Shown: in pieces, positions 22,014-32,962 of the stretch
Numbering within the stretch: position 1 is the first letter of the stretch
Layout of the letters: every line of letters begins with the position of its first letter
Assembly: GCA_965207075.1 (NCBI GenBank)
Contig: CBDBLO010000002.1
Span: 1,984,001-2,048,000 of the forward strand
Reading direction: 5' to 3'
From: Nitrosopumilus sp.
GTDB taxonomy: Archaea; Thermoproteota; Nitrososphaeria; Nitrososphaerales; Nitrosopumilaceae
Length of the DNA stretch: 64,000 bases
Program-made: the position numbers and the translations under genes
The notes under the pieces: generated by a model
What the model saw: the letters and a program-made list of their open reading frames with translations, nothing else
Told to the model about the DNA's origin: nothing
Databases searched by the model: none

Positions 22014-22152
22014 AAGGGGCCGCGCCCCCTTGCGGTTAAAATTTGTTGCACTGCGGCCCATGAAGGGACTGCGCCGTGCCGCAGTACGCGCGTGCGCGTG
22101 CATGCGGCCACGCGTGCACATCAGGTGGAAAAAAAGTCAGAGGAGATATCCT

Positions 22153-22689
22153 CTAATCGTGTGCGTGCGGGTTGACCGAGCTGCCCTGCATCTTGACAAA
22201 GGTCCCGTCTGCCTTCTCGTGGTACTCGAGGTATGACGGCTCTATCAGGATGGCGTGCGTCGGACATGCCTCCTGGCATGCCATGCACTGGGTGCAGTCG
22301 TGCTCCCTGATCGGCTGTGACTTGTCGGAGTAGTCCAGGCGCTCGTCCTGCTCTGTCAGGCCCGTGCCCTCAAAGGTGGCGTCCAGGCAGTCGGCCGCAG
22401 CAATGTCCTGCTCGGTCCGGTACCACTGGAATGTCTGCACGGGACAGACGCTCATGCACGAGCCAGCGGCGACGCACGAGTCCCAGTCGACTGCCACGGT
22501 GGTGCCGTGGATGCCGAGCGGGACCTGCTCCTCGCCGTGCTCCTCGTATGCGGCCTTGACATCGTCGTTGGAGAATGCATCGCCCTCGGTATTACCAGGC
22601 CCCCAGATGAAGTGCTTGTTCTCACCATCTGCGTGGCTGGTCTTGCCGATGACTTCAAGATTCTCTACAAATTTCTCGTCTATTGGCAT
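22153..22689 (-). CDS. Dicluster (7Fe-type, zinc-ferredoxin-like) ferredoxin
   Basis: DWDSCVAAGSCMSVCP and CTQCMACQEACP. Confidence 0.9.
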   Translation of the reverse strand: MPIDEKFVENLEVIGKTSHADGENKHFIWGPGNTEGDAFSNDDVKAAYEEHGEEQVPLGIHGTTVAVDWDSCVAAGSCMSVCPVQTFQWYRTEQDIAAADCLDATFEGTGLTEQDERLDYSDKSQPIREHDCTQCMACQEACPTHAILIEPSYLEYHEKADGTFVKMQGSSVNPHAHD

Positions 22690-22751
22690 GATCCCACGTG
22701 CCTGTGATTATTATTTAAATCTAAATAAAATTAGTCGAAACTAAAGGGTTG

Positions 22752-23303
22752 TCAGTCGTGCGAGTGCGGGTTCGGCGTGCCGGCCTCTATCTTTACAAAG
22801 GTCCCGGCCGCCTTTTCGTGCGCCTCCAGGTTCGACTGGTCCACCTTTATGGCCTGGGGCGGGCATACGGATACGCACGCCATGCACCATATGCAGTCGT
22901 GCTCCCTGATGGGGTCGGCCTTGTCGGTAAAGTCGGCCCTCTCGTCCTTGACGGAGCTGCCCGTGCCCTCAAAGTACTGCCCCGGCACGTCCTTGGCGGG
23001 TATGTCCTTTTCCGTGCGGTACCATTGGAAGACCTGGACGGGGCACGCCTCTATGCAGGCGCCGTCTGCCACGCACGAGTCCCAGTCGACTGCCACCATC
23101 GTCCCGCTGACGCCTAGCGGAACCTGCTCCTCGCCGCGCGCCGCGTACGCGGACTTTACGTCCTCGTCGGAGAGTACCTCCGCCGGCGATCCGTCCGCGT
23201 TCTTGTCCTTGCCTGGGCCCCACACAAAGTGGAACTGGCCGTCGGCCGTCTCGATCTTGCCTATGGGCTCCAAGCCCTCGGGAAAGTTTTCTGCTATCGG
23301 CAT
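22752..23303 (-). CDS. Dicluster ferredoxin paralogue
   Basis: [16 protein letters not shown] and [12 protein letters not shown]. Confidence 0.9.
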   Translation of the reverse strand: MPIAENFPEGLEPIGKIETADGQFHFVWGPGKDKNADGSPAEVLSDEDVKSAYAARGEEQVPLGVSGTMVAVDWDSCVADGACIEACPVQVFQWYRTEKDIPAKDVPGQYFEGTGSSVKDERADFTDKADPIREHDCIWCMACVSVCPPQAIKVDQSNLEAHEKAAGTFVKIEAGTPNPHSHD

Positions 23304-23447
23304 GACAAGATAAGAGAGACATTGTTATTTAAAGATAAACAGTGCGGGCGCCGGCAGGCGACACCGCCGGGCCGGAACGGGGGTGCCGCGCGGCGCAGGA
23401 TGCGGTACCGGTATCGAATCCCCTAGGTTCATAACGCACCGCCGCCC

Positions 23448-24128
23448 ATGTTTCGCGTGGACATCATAAAGTACGACCTGTACCGGGGGCCCAACGTGGG
23501 CGTGTACGCAGCCGCAAACGACTCGGTCCTGCTCCTGCCAAGCGGGTTCGCGCCCGAAAAGGCCGACAGGCTTGCCGGGCACCTGGGGGTGGAGCGCCGC
23601 GTGAACGCGTCGGTGGCAAACACCAGGCTGCTTGGCACCCTGCTTGTGATGAACAACTCGGGGATCATGCTGCCGAGGACGGCGTTTGAGGACGAGTACG
23701 CCGTGCTCAAGTCGGAGACCGGCCTCAACGTGGGCGTGCTTGACTCCAAGTTCACGGCGCTCGGCAACCTGGTGTGCGCAAACGACAGGGGGGCCATAGC
23801 GTCCCCATGGCTCTCAAGGGGGGAGTGCGGCGCCATATCGGACATACTGGGGGTGGAGGTCATGCAGGGCAGGATAGCCGGCATGTACCAGACGGGATCC
23901 GTAATGGCCGCGAACAACGCGGGCGCTGCGGTCCACCCGGAGACCGACGAGGAGGAGATGAAGGCGTTTGCAAACCTGCTGGGGGTCCGCGGCATAGAGC
24001 ACGCGTCCATAAACAACGGGATACCCTACGTGGCCTCCGGCATGCTTGCAAACAACAACGCGATAGTGGTCGGATCCCTCACGACGGGGCCCGAGATAAT
24101 GATGCTCACAAGGGCCTTTCTTGGCTGA
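23448..24128 (+). CDS. eif6: Translation initiation factor 6 (aIF6)
   Basis: PNVGVYAAAND, ALGNLVCAND, VGSLTTGPE. Confidence 0.92.
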   Translation: MFRVDIIKYDLYRGPNVGVYAAANDSVLLLPSGFAPEKADRLAGHLGVERRVNASVANTRLLGTLLVMNNSGIMLPRTAFEDEYAVLKSETGLNVGVLDSKFTALGNLVCANDRGAIASPWLSRGECGAISDILGVEVMQGRIAGMYQTGSVMAANNAGAAVHPETDEEEMKAFANLLGVRGIEHASINNGIPYVASGMLANNNAIVVGSLTTGPEIMMLTRAFLG

Positions 24129-25500
24129 CGCGTGCAATGACCGAGCGCGGGTCGCCTGTCAGCTCCTCGAGTCTTACCGTGCTCTGCTCCCCGGTGTCCA
24201 TCATGCGGAGCAGCGCCTGCCCGCTCTGCACCTCCTCGGTTCCTACGATTATGGCGGCGCGGGCGCCCGCGCGGGACGCCGAGGCCATCTGCTTTTTGAG
24301 GGGGCGGCCCGCGATGTCAAACTCGGTCGTAATGCCGCCGCGGCGCAGGGCCGACGCGATTCCGGCGGCCACCCCCCTGGCGTCCGGCGTGGCGCATATC
24401 ACGGCGACCAAGTACGCCGCGCCGGCCCGGGCGCCGCCGCCGCCGTCACGGTCACCGCCAAGCAGCCCCCTGCGGCGCATCGCAAGCATCGTGCGCTCCA
24501 CCCCGCCTGCCACGCCGGCGGCCCCGAGGTCGGGCCTGCCAAAGGCCTTCATCAGCGCGTCGTACCTGCCTCCCCCGGCAAGCGAGCCGTACTGGGAGGG
24601 CGGGCCGCCGCCGTCATCATCGCGGTCATCGAACACCTCAAAGACCATCCCGGAGTAATAGTCAAGCCCCCGCACGATTCCAAGGTCTACCACGGCGCAG
24701 TCCACGCCGCGGCTCCCAAGCGAGTCGGACAGCGACGCGAGATCGTCCCACCCGTCCAGCGACGAGATCTCCCCCCGCCTGCCGGCTATCTCGTCCGCGC
24801 TTCCGCGCATGGAGGCATACTCGAGCAGCTCGCCTAGCATGTCGGCGCGGTCCGGGCGCCCACCGCCTCCCGCGGCGTCCGCATACTCGGATATTATTAC
24901 ATCCCTCGGCTTTTTTGCGGCCTTGTCCATGGCGCGCAGGATCTCGGACATCTCGCCTGCAGGTGTCTCCCGCCCGAAGACGCTGCGCACGAGGGACTCC
25001 ACCACCCCGCGGTGGCAGACCCGTATCGATATACCCTTTTTCATCCCGAGGGACTCGAACAGCAGTGACGTGGCCTCGATTATCTCCGCGTCCGCGTCAG
25101 CGGAGGGGCTGCCGAACACCTCCATGTCCCACTGGTGAAAGTACCGGTACCTGCCCTGCTGCGGCTCGTCGTACCTGAACACGCCCCCAAAGCTGGCGAC
25201 CTTGGAGGGCAGCCTCTCCGAGCGCTGCTGCGCGGCGCGCCTCGCAAGCCCCATGGTAAAGTCAAAGCGGAGGGCCACCCGGCGGCCGCCCTTGTCCTCA
25301 AAGTGGTATATCTCGTCCCTGATTGCGGGCCCCGACCTGGTCTCCAGGGTCGAGAGGCTCTCAAGCGGCGAGGGATCCACGAGCCCGTACCCGTACAGCC
25401 CGCACGCGCGTACAAAGCGCTCCCTGATGCGCTCGATTCCCGCAGAGTCGGCCCCGTCAAAATCCCTCATGCCGCGGGGCAGGTTAGGAGACAATAGCAA
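24106..25500 (-). CDS. hisS: Histidine--tRNA ligase
   Basis: LPRGMRDF, ALRFDFT, FRYDEPQQGRYRYFHQ, VRGLDYYSG, AGGGRYD. Confidence 0.95.
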   Translation of the reverse strand: MLLSPNLPRGMRDFDGADSAGIERIRERFVRACGLYGYGLVDPSPLESLSTLETRSGPAIRDEIYHFEDKGGRRVALRFDFTMGLARRAAQQRSERLPSKVASFGGVFRYDEPQQGRYRYFHQWDMEVFGSPSADADAEIIEATSLLFESLGMKKGISIRVCHRGVVESLVRSVFGRETPAGEMSEILRAMDKAAKKPRDVIISEYADAAGGGGRPDRADMLGELLEYASMRGSADEIAGRRGEISSLDGWDDLASLSDSLGSRGVDCAVVDLGIVRGLDYYSGMVFEVFDDRDDDGGGPPSQYGSLAGGGRYDALMKAFGRPDLGAAGVAGGVERTMLAMRRRGLLGGDRDGGGGARAGAAYLVAVICATPDARGVAAGIASALRRGGITTEFDIAGRPLKKQMASASRAGARAAIIVGTEEVQSGQALLRMMDTGEQSTVRLEELTGDPRSVIARVSQERPL

Positions 25501-25542
25501 CGGCGCGCGCGCATGTGGATGATTTAGAGATTTCGCACAAGG

Positions 25543-25818
25543 TCACAGGTGCCACGGATTCGCGCGCGCGGTTATCTTTTCGGGGAGCGACCCGGCGTGC
25601 CTGCCGAGAAACTCCGTCTCCTGCTCCTTGTCGCGCAGGTCGTCGGGGAGCATTATCGGGATCTCCTCCATAATCGGGTAGAACCGGGAGCATTTGTCGC
25701 AGTACAGCGCGCCCTCCGACACGGTGCCGTCCCCCTTCTCGCTTACGACGTGGAGCTCCAGCGGGTGGTGCTTGTCAATGGGGCACGCCAGTATGTCCAT
25801 CATCACGCTCTTCTTCAT
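25543..25818 (-). CDS. Trm112-like protein
   Basis: ILACPIDK...LYCDKCSRFYPIMEEIPIML. Confidence 0.9.
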   Translation of the reverse strand: MKKSVMMDILACPIDKHHPLELHVVSEKGDGTVSEGALYCDKCSRFYPIMEEIPIMLPDDLRDKEQETEFLGRHAGSLPEKITARANPWHL

Positions 25819-26952
25819 CTATCTCAGATCCAGGTATATGGGGATCCCCCGCCTTGCAGATAAAAGTGAAGCTTTGGCGGCCTTGATTGCAGCGAGCGCG
25901 TGCACGGCGCTCCGCGCAACGCGGCGGCCGCGGCGCTCCGGTTTGCCCCCGCGACTTGCGGCGTCCACGAAATCCCCAAGCCAGGACCGCAGCTGCGAGT
26001 CGGGGTCCAGGCTGCCGCGCGGATGGCCCCGGCTCCCTGCGGCGCTGTCTGGGCCGCTGCCGGCCGCGGCAAGCTCGGTTGTGACGAGCCCCTCAGACAG
26101 GTCTGCCCTTATGACCGCCCCCTCCAGTACAACCTCCGCCGTCTCAGAGCCGCAGCCGGCCTCCAGGTTGATGGATATCGTGGCAGCCGAGCCGCCGCCG
26201 TATCCGAGTATGGTGGTCAGGCGGCCCTCCGGGCGGCCGCCCCCCGGGCCGCCCGATACGGCAAAGACCACGTGTGGCGCGGCGTCAAACGCCAGGTTTG
26301 CGGCGTATACGTAGTCTGCCTGCATGGCGCGCATGGCGCGGGCGCGGGCATTACCGGCACGGTCATTATCTGCATGGTCATTATCTGCATGGTCATTATC
26401 TGCATGGTCACCGCCCGGGCTACCGCCGCGTTCGTCCCCATAGTCGCAGTCGTCCCGGTCGGCGTACGCCGGTGCGGAGCCGCCCCTTGCGCGAACGTCA
26501 AGCGACATCAGGCGGCCGTACGCGCCAGACGATGCCGCGTCGCGCATCGCTTCTGCGGCCATGCCCGAGGGCGCCACTGGAAGGCACGACAGCACCGCCT
26601 TCTTCCGGCCTGCCAGCTCCAGCAGCGACTCCATCCCGGCCACGTCGCACGCGGGCGGCCACTGCACGCACACGTGCTTTCCCGCGTAAAGCAGCTCAGA
26701 GGCCGCGGCTGCGCGGGCATCAGCAGCGGGTGCGGCCACGACGGCCCCCTCAAACGCCTCGCCCCGGATCATGCCGCCGACGTCCCCGTAATGGCCCACA
26801 GAGTACTCTCGGCCGCACGACGCGGCCCTGCGCCCGTCCGGGTCGCACACGGCCGCAAGCGCGCCCATGGCAGACAGCACCCTTGCAATCCGCCCGCACC
26901 CCGGCCCGCCCGTGCCGACGAGTGCCAGCCTCGTGCCGCCGCCTTCGGTCAT
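25819..26952 (-). CDS. Gfo/Idh/MocA-family oxidoreductase, divergent
   Basis: True start MTEGGGTRLALVGTGG overlaps the ilvE stop; LAAVCDPD, AGKHVCV, AAKASLLSARRGIPIYLDL. Confidence 0.7.
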   Translation of the reverse strand: MTEGGGTRLALVGTGGPGCGRIARVLSAMGALAAVCDPDGRRAASCGREYSVGHYGDVGGMIRGEAFEGAVVAAPAADARAAAASELLYAGKHVCVQWPPACDVAGMESLLELAGRKKAVLSCLPVAPSGMAAEAMRDAASSGAYGRLMSLDVRARGGSAPAYADRDDCDYGDERGGSPGGDHADNDHADNDHADNDRAGNARARAMRAMQADYVYAANLAFDAAPHVVFAVSGGPGGGRPEGRLTTILGYGGGSAATISINLEAGCGSETAEVVLEGAVIRADLSEGLVTTELAAAGSGPDSAAGSRGHPRGSLDPDSQLRSWLGDFVDAASRGGKPERRGRRVARSAVHALAAIKAAKASLLSARRGIPIYLDLR

Positions 26953-27878
26953 GTGCCATACACCGGTGTCAGCCAGCGGTCGGCGTACTCTGGCGCGCGC
27001 CCCATCACGATGTCGGTGTACCGCTCCATCATATTGCGCGTGACGGGGCCAGGCCCGCCGCCGTCCCCTATCCTCTTGGAGTCGATCGCCGTCACCGGCG
27101 TGATCTCGGCGGCCGTCCCGCTCAGAAACACCTCCTGCGCCGACATCATCTCGGCGCGCGTCATGTCCTGCTCTACTGCCTCGATTCCAGCGGCGCGGGC
27201 CACCTCCAGTATCGTGTCGCGGGTGATGCCCTCCAGCGCGGAGGACGCCAGGGTGGGCGTGACCAGCCTGCCGTCTATGACCGCAAAGATGTTCTCGCCG
27301 GGCGCCTCGCTCACGTTTCCGGACAGGTCCAGCAGTATGGCCTCGTCCGCGCCGGCCTTTTTGGCCTCGCCGGTGGCGATTATCGAGTTGAGGTAGTTTC
27401 CGCCCATCTTTGCCTGGACCGGGGTCGACGCGTCGGAGAACTTTCGCCACGAGGACGTGACCGCCGATATGCCGCCCTTCTCAAACAGGTCGCCGAACGG
27501 GAACGCAAAGACGGCCATTACGGTGGGCGCGTCGGGCGTGACGTGCAGGTTTATGCCGTGGTTCCCCACAAAGTAAAAGGGCCTGACATAGCACGACTCC
27601 CTGAGCTTGTTCTCCCTGCAGATCCCGGTGATGGCGTCAGACACCTCGGGGTCCGTATGGTTGAGCGATATCCCGTAAAAGCCGCCGGAGCGCCTAAAGC
27701 GGCGTATATGGTCGTCGAGGCGGAACACGTTGAGGTTATCGCCGTTCCAGTACGCCCTGACCCCCTCAAATATGGTGGTGCCGTAGTGCATCGCATGGGT
27801 GGTTATCGGTATGGTGGCCTGCTCAAGCGGCACGTACGAGCCGTCAATCCACACGAGGCGGCACAGTGGAAGCTTCAC
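26949..27878 (-). CDS. ilvE: Branched-chain amino acid aminotransferase
   Basis: HYGTTIFEGVR, AKMGGNYLNS, EAPGENIF, LEGITR, FLSGTAAEI. Confidence 0.95.
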   Translation of the reverse strand: MKLPLCRLVWIDGSYVPLEQATIPITTHAMHYGTTIFEGVRAYWNGDNLNVFRLDDHIRRFRRSGGFYGISLNHTDPEVSDAITGICRENKLRESCYVRPFYFVGNHGINLHVTPDAPTVMAVFAFPFGDLFEKGGISAVTSSWRKFSDASTPVQAKMGGNYLNSIIATGEAKKAGADEAILLDLSGNVSEAPGENIFAVIDGRLVTPTLASSALEGITRDTILEVARAAGIEAVEQDMTRAEMMSAQEVFLSGTAAEITPVTAIDSKRIGDGGGPGPVTRNMMERYTDIVMGRAPEYADRWLTPVYGT

Positions 27879-27953
27879 GCATGTTGCGGCCGTGTTTCTG
27901 TATTAATCTATTTTCAACCGGGCTCAGGCGGCGAGGCGCGTGTCGCACCGGCG

Positions 27954-28700
27954 CTACTCCTTTGGGAACTTCATGCCGACGATCCTGGTGGTCATGTCCT
28001 CGGCGCCCGCAAACCTCCTGACCACGTCCCACTCCCTCCTGATTATGCGCGCGACCGGCTCCGGTACGTCGGACTCCCACCCGCCGGGGGCGCTTCCCTC
28101 TTCTGGGCCGGCTCCCCTGCTGTCGTCGTCGCCGGCGCCATTATGATCGTCACTGCCATGATCATCGCCGCGATCATGATCATCATTGTCATCAGGACCG
28201 TGATCACCGCCGGCGCCCCCCTCCGCCAGCGCTGCCCCGTACATCCTCTCCTTGACTGACGCGGCCGAGATGGGCCTCCTCGTGCCCACCCGCGGCTTTA
28301 GCCTGTAGAGCCGCAGCATGTAGCCCTCCGTGCGGTCGCCCGTGTACGAAAAGTACCTCCGGTGCTCCACCCCGCGCAGTATCTGCCTCCGCAGCCTCCA
28401 GGACATAGGCGAGAGCAGGGGTGGCATGTAGCGTTTGAAGGGGGCGTGGAACGTATAGTCGTCGGATATCACAATGGAGTCGCCAAAGACGGACTCTAGC
28501 ATCTCCCTCCTGCACTCAAAGCTGAACGGAAAGCTCCGGCTGTTGACCTCGTTGTGGTCGCGGTCCCTGAACACGACCGGCATCACCTTGACCCTGCCGG
28601 CGGCGCCCCTGAGGTCCGATATGATCTCGACGTGCGCGTTCGTGACGGGGTTGAGGTGGGCAAGGTACAGGGCCGTAGCATCATCGTCACGGGTGGCCAA
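27954..28700 (-). CDS. Nucleotidyltransferase-like (HIGH-type) conserved protein
   Basis: LYLAHLNPVTNAH, ISAASVKE, WESDVPEPV. Confidence 0.7.
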   Translation of the reverse strand: MATRDDDATALYLAHLNPVTNAHVEIISDLRGAAGRVKVMPVVFRDRDHNEVNSRSFPFSFECRREMLESVFGDSIVISDDYTFHAPFKRYMPPLLSPMSWRLRRQILRGVEHRRYFSYTGDRTEGYMLRLYRLKPRVGTRRPISAASVKERMYGAALAEGGAGGDHGPDDNDDHDRGDDHGSDDHNGAGDDDSRGAGPEEGSAPGGWESDVPEPVARIIRREWDVVRRFAGAEDMTTRIVGMKFPKE

Positions 28701-28765
28701 CTGCGCCTAAACCGTAATGTCTCTTATTTCAACTGTGGCTATGCGGCGGCGGGAGAAGGAGGAGG

Positions 28766-29611
28766 TCACCCGTACGACTCGTACTTGACCTCAAAGCTGC
28801 CGTCGTCGCGCTTGTCGTGCTCCGTCACAAACCCTCTCGGCTTTAAAAAGTCCATCACTCCGTCTATCGTGCCCTGCCAGCCGCACACGTAGAACATGGT
28901 GTTCTCCTTTGTTATCTCCTCGCCGACCAGGTCCTCCAGCGGGGACACGCCGTCCGCGCGCGGGCGCAGGAACGTCTCGACGCGCCCAATCTGGCCCGAC
29001 CACGACCGGTTGAACCACTCCTGCGGCCTGCTGATTGCGGCCCTGTACCTGAAATTCCACTGGTCCTTGCCCCTCTGTGTGCTGTCATATTCCAGGTCGG
29101 TCAGCAGGTCCTTGTAGGACAGCTCGTCGACGTAGCTTGCGCCGTGCAGCACCACGATCTCGCGCTTGTCGCCGACGTGGTGCAGGTGCTGCGCATAGCT
29201 GACAAACGGGGCAAGCCCGGTGCCGCCCCCGATGCAGACCATCCTTCTCGTGTCAGGCGAGCCGTCCGGCATGGTCTCGTTTATCTCGAGTGCCTTGCCG
29301 CTCGGCTTGAGCCACAGCACCTCGTCGCCCTCCTTGGCGTTGAACAGCTGGGTGGTGAGCCTGCCCGGCAGGGGCTTGCGGACCCACCGGATTACGAGCT
29401 CGATATAGTCCCTGTTCTCCGGATGCGACGCTATGGAGTATGCGCGCCTCACAATCTTGCCGCCCTCGTTGGGGTTCGGCATGCCAAGCGTTATGAACTG
29501 CCCGGCCTTGAACTCTGGCACGGGCCCCTCGTTTGGGACGAGCCTCATGATCACCAGGTCCTCCTTGAGCAGCTGGACGTACGTGACCGTAGCCTTGTTG
29601 TCTACTACCAA
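28766..29611 (-). CDS. Ferredoxin--NADP reductase (start probably TTG 29611)
   Basis: FKAGQF, RRAYSIAS, GGTGLAPF, FYVCG, YESY. Confidence 0.9.
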   Translation of the reverse strand: MVVDNKATVTYVQLLKEDLVIMRLVPNEGPVPEFKAGQFITLGMPNPNEGGKIVRRAYSIASHPENRDYIELVIRWVRKPLPGRLTTQLFNAKEGDEVLWLKPSGKALEINETMPDGSPDTRRMVCIGGGTGLAPFVSYAQHLHHVGDKREIVVLHGASYVDELSYKDLLTDLEYDSTQRGKDQWNFRYRAAISRPQEWFNRSWSGQIGRVETFLRPRADGVSPLEDLVGEEITKENTMFYVCGWQGTIDGVMDFLKPRGFVTEHDKRDDGSFEVKYESYG

Positions 29612-29761
29612 TAGCAAAACGGCCACTCCAGATGTTAAATATATTGTGATGATCACATGCAGGTACGGCGCCCCCGAGAGCCGCGCCGGGGCGCCAATCC
29701 AGGGGCCCGTCACGCAAGGGAGGATCAGCATCCATATTTAGCGCCGCCGCGGTGACAGGGC

Positions 29762-31831
29762 GTGAGGGCGTACTATTCGGACGGTCTGGAGTCCTTTTTG
29801 AGGACTGACGCCGCGCAGGTGCGCTCGGCCCTGGCGGACCGGAGCGAGATGCCCCCCACGGACGAGCAGAAGCGGGCGTGGAGGGGCCAGCTGGACATAA
29901 TGGCGCGCGAGCTGCGCAAGATGGACGGCGGCGATAGCAGCAGCGCCCACGTCTACTTGGAGTTTGTCATACCCCGCATGGGAAAGAGGGCCGACGCCGT
30001 AATAATTTACGGCGGCGTGATATTCGTACTGGAGTTCAAGATCGGCGAAAGCCAGTACAGGCGGGCGGACATGGACCAGTGCACGGACTATGCAGTGGAC
30101 CTGAAGAACTTCCACGAGGGGAGCCACGACAAGCCCATACTGCCCGTCTTGGTGGCCAGCGAGGCGGGGGCGGGGGCGGCATACGGCCTGGACATGCGGG
30201 AGGACGGGGTCTTTGAGGTCGTGTGCTCCAACGGATCAAACCTGCGCGAGATCATATGCGGGGCGGCGGGGATTCAGGGCGGCGGGGTTACGATAGACCC
30301 GCTCGAGTGGGAGAGAACAGCATACAAGCCCACGCCGACCATCATCGAGGCCGCGCGCGCCCTGTACAACAACCACGACGTGTGCGACATAACGCGCTCC
30401 GAGGCGGGAGCGGAGAACATCACCAGCACCAAGTCGGCAGTCGAGGACGTGATAGAACATTCCAGAGAAAACGGCAGGAAATCAATATGCTTTGTGACCG
30501 GCATACCGGGGGCGGGCAAGACCCTGGTGGGGCTGAACCTGACTGTAAAGCCACGTGACGGGCCGTCCCATGACGATGACGATGACGATAATGATGACGC
30601 CGGATCCGTCTTCCTGTCCGGCAACGGCCCACTCGTAAACGTCCTGCGCGAGGCGCTCGCGCGCGACAAGTACGACAGGGAGCGCTCCAAACGCGCCAGG
30701 GATCCCACCATTGCCAGGGTCACGAAGAGCAGCGCATACAGGGAGGCCGCGGCCCTCATACAGCCCGTCAGGGAGTTCATCACGGAGGCCATGGACTCGG
30801 ACCGCCCGCCGCACGAAAGGGTCGTGGTGTTCGACGAGGCGCAGCGCGCGTGGAGCAGGAACGAGCTTGACAGGTTCATGAAGAAGAGGAAGGGAAGGGA
30901 GATCGGCATGTCGCAGCCGGAATACGTGATCAATACGATGGACAGGCACGCGGACTGGGCGGTGCTCGTCTGCCTTGTCGGGGGAGGGCAGGAGATCAAC
31001 CACGGGGAGGCGGGCCTGCCAGAGTGGTTTGATTCCATGAGGCGCAGCCATCCCGGATGGGACGTGTACGTCTCCCCGGAGATAAACGGGGAAGAGTACT
31101 TGGGGAAGAATTACGACGACGGCCGCGGCCGGATCGAGGACATGCTTGGCGGCATACGGCCCGTATACCGCGCAGAGCTCCACCTTGCCACGTCCATAAG
31201 GTCGTTTAGAAGCAGGCACGTGTCGGAGTTCGTCAGGCTTCTTCTGGACCTTGACGCCGGGGCTGCGGGCGTCACGCTGTCCGGCATAAGCAGGTATCCC
31301 ATCATGGTGACAAGGGACTTTGGGCGGGCAAAGAGGTGGCTCCGGAGCAGGGCGCGGGGCACGGAACGGTTTGGGATCGTCGCGGCCGCAAAGTCGTACC
31401 GGCTGAGGCCGCACGGCATATACGTGGAGCTCACGCCAAAGGCCACCCACTGGTTCCTCAACCCCCCAGACGACCCGCGCTCCTCAAACGGACTGGAGTA
31501 CGTGGCGACCGAATTCGAGATACAGGGACTGGAGCTTGACTGGGTGTGCGTCGCATGGGACGCGGACCTACGGTATACGGAGGACGGGTGGAACTACAAG
31601 GAGTTTGTAGGGGACAGGTGGAACAACATACACAAGGATCACAAACGGAGGTACCTGAAGAATGCGTACAGGGTGCTTTTGACGCGGGCAAGGCAGGGAA
31701 TGGTGATATTCGTCCCGCACGGCGATGACAGTGACAGCACCAGGGATCCCGGATATTACGACAGGACGTACGAGTATTTGCGCGGGATAGGGATACCGGA
31801 GCTGGCATGCCCGGAGGCTGCCGGCCGCTAG
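29762..31831 (+). CDS. DUF2075 (Schlafen group 3-like) nuclease-helicase domain protein
   Basis: LEFVIPRMGKRADAV..VLEFK nuclease-like N-terminus, GIPGAGKT, FDEAQRAW, EIQGLELDW, NAYRVLLTRARQG. Confidence 0.88.
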   Translation: MRAYYSDGLESFLRTDAAQVRSALADRSEMPPTDEQKRAWRGQLDIMARELRKMDGGDSSSAHVYLEFVIPRMGKRADAVIIYGGVIFVLEFKIGESQYRRADMDQCTDYAVDLKNFHEGSHDKPILPVLVASEAGAGAAYGLDMREDGVFEVVCSNGSNLREIICGAAGIQGGGVTIDPLEWERTAYKPTPTIIEAARALYNNHDVCDITRSEAGAENITSTKSAVEDVIEHSRENGRKSICFVTGIPGAGKTLVGLNLTVKPRDGPSHDDDDDDNDDAGSVFLSGNGPLVNVLREALARDKYDRERSKRARDPTIARVTKSSAYREAAALIQPVREFITEAMDSDRPPHERVVVFDEAQRAWSRNELDRFMKKRKGREIGMSQPEYVINTMDRHADWAVLVCLVGGGQEINHGEAGLPEWFDSMRRSHPGWDVYVSPEINGEEYLGKNYDDGRGRIEDMLGGIRPVYRAELHLATSIRSFRSRHVSEFVRLLLDLDAGAAGVTLSGISRYPIMVTRDFGRAKRWLRSRARGTERFGIVAAAKSYRLRPHGIYVELTPKATHWFLNPPDDPRSSNGLEYVATEFEIQGLELDWVCVAWDADLRYTEDGWNYKEFVGDRWNNIHKDHKRRYLKNAYRVLLTRARQGMVIFVPHGDDSDSTRDPGYYDRTYEYLRGIGIPELACPEAAGR

Positions 31832-32050
31832 AAGAGTAACGGGAGAGGGCGGCAGCTTTTTACAAATTCAGCGGCTTTGGTTTTTCCAAGAGCGTTTGTC
31901 ACGTGTGGGGGTACCCTTCACCATACTGACAGACTGACGTAGAGGGACCAAGCAAGCAGTTACGACAATAGCGGTGAACGAGGGCCGCACAAGGTGCTAA
32001 CGTTAATAATTGATTAAAAAGTGGCAGGAATGGTCAGTTTTGCTGACCGT

Positions 32051-32124
32051 GGGCCGGTCGTCTAGTCCGGTAGGATAGGTGCATGGCATGCATCGGATCG
32101 AGGGTTCAAATCCCTTCCGGTCCA
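32051..32124 (+). tRNA. tRNA-Ala (GGC)
   Basis: GGGCCGG/CCGGTCC stem with G3:U70; GGTGC-AT GGC AT-GCATC anticodon arm. Confidence 0.92.
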
Positions 32125-32281
32125 TTTTCTATTCATATACCGAGGAAGCAGTTTCTGGGTTATGCCACGTGCAGCGGGCGCCGGGATCCCCGTGCGGGCA
32201 GAATGCAAATGGATTAGCCCGTTACAACGGGGCATTGCGGTCCGGGATGGCAAGCCTCACGCGCGCGCGAGGTTATGCAGC

Positions 32282-32962
32282 ATGGCTAACATGACCACAT
32301 TGCAGCCCGGCACCGGCGGCCAAAAATTTGGCCTTAAATCAAAACTGGTGATCTTGGAGGAGCGGTTGAGGGGATCTTCAAAAAAGCTGTTGGAAGCGGA
32401 CGAGAACGTCGCAAGGTGGCACACGAACCTTGCGCGCTCAAGCCAGCTCACCGCCAACTCCCGGATAAGGCGGCTCAGCTTGTTCTACAAGAACACCGGG
32501 ATAACCCCCGCCGAGATGGTCGCGACTGGAAGGGAGAGCAGCATGAAGGCCGAGGACATGATACTTGATTACGTGACGTGGATGGAGTCGCAAAAGTACG
32601 CGCCGGGATACATAGAGGACGTCGTCAAGGCGCTCAAGTCGTGGCTGACGTACAACTATGTCGACATACGGCGCAAGATAAAGATGGCAAACGCCAGGAT
32701 CCCCGTAACGCTGGAGGACGAGCAGGTGCCCACCCCGGCGCAGCTCGAGTCTATCATGAACACAGCTGATCCGCGCACCCGCGCCTGCATGTCCCTGATG
32801 GCCTTTGCCGGGCTGCAGCCGCAGGTGATAGACAACCATGACGGGACCAACGGGCTGCGCGCCTCGGATGTCAAGGGGCTGCGCGCGGACGGCGATGGAG
32901 GGGGCGCGGTCTCTTACCAGCTCAATTGGCGCGATGGCCCCCTTCCGGCTGTCGGCTCCTGA
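32282..32962 (+). pseudogene. Truncated tyrosine integrase
   Basis: YAPGYIEDVVKALKSWL, EQVPTPAQLESI, RTRACMSLMAFAGLQPQV (catalytic R apparently replaced by Q); C-terminal catalytic half missing; directly 3' of the tRNA. Confidence 0.8.

Noticed and set aside
22153-23303. Tandem ferredoxins as a novelty
   Set aside because: Diverged paralogues of a type expected in ammonia-oxidising archaea.
26953-27450. N-terminal extension of the 543-aa ORF
   Set aside because: Overlaps ilvE out of frame; the Rossmann motif starts at ATG 26952.
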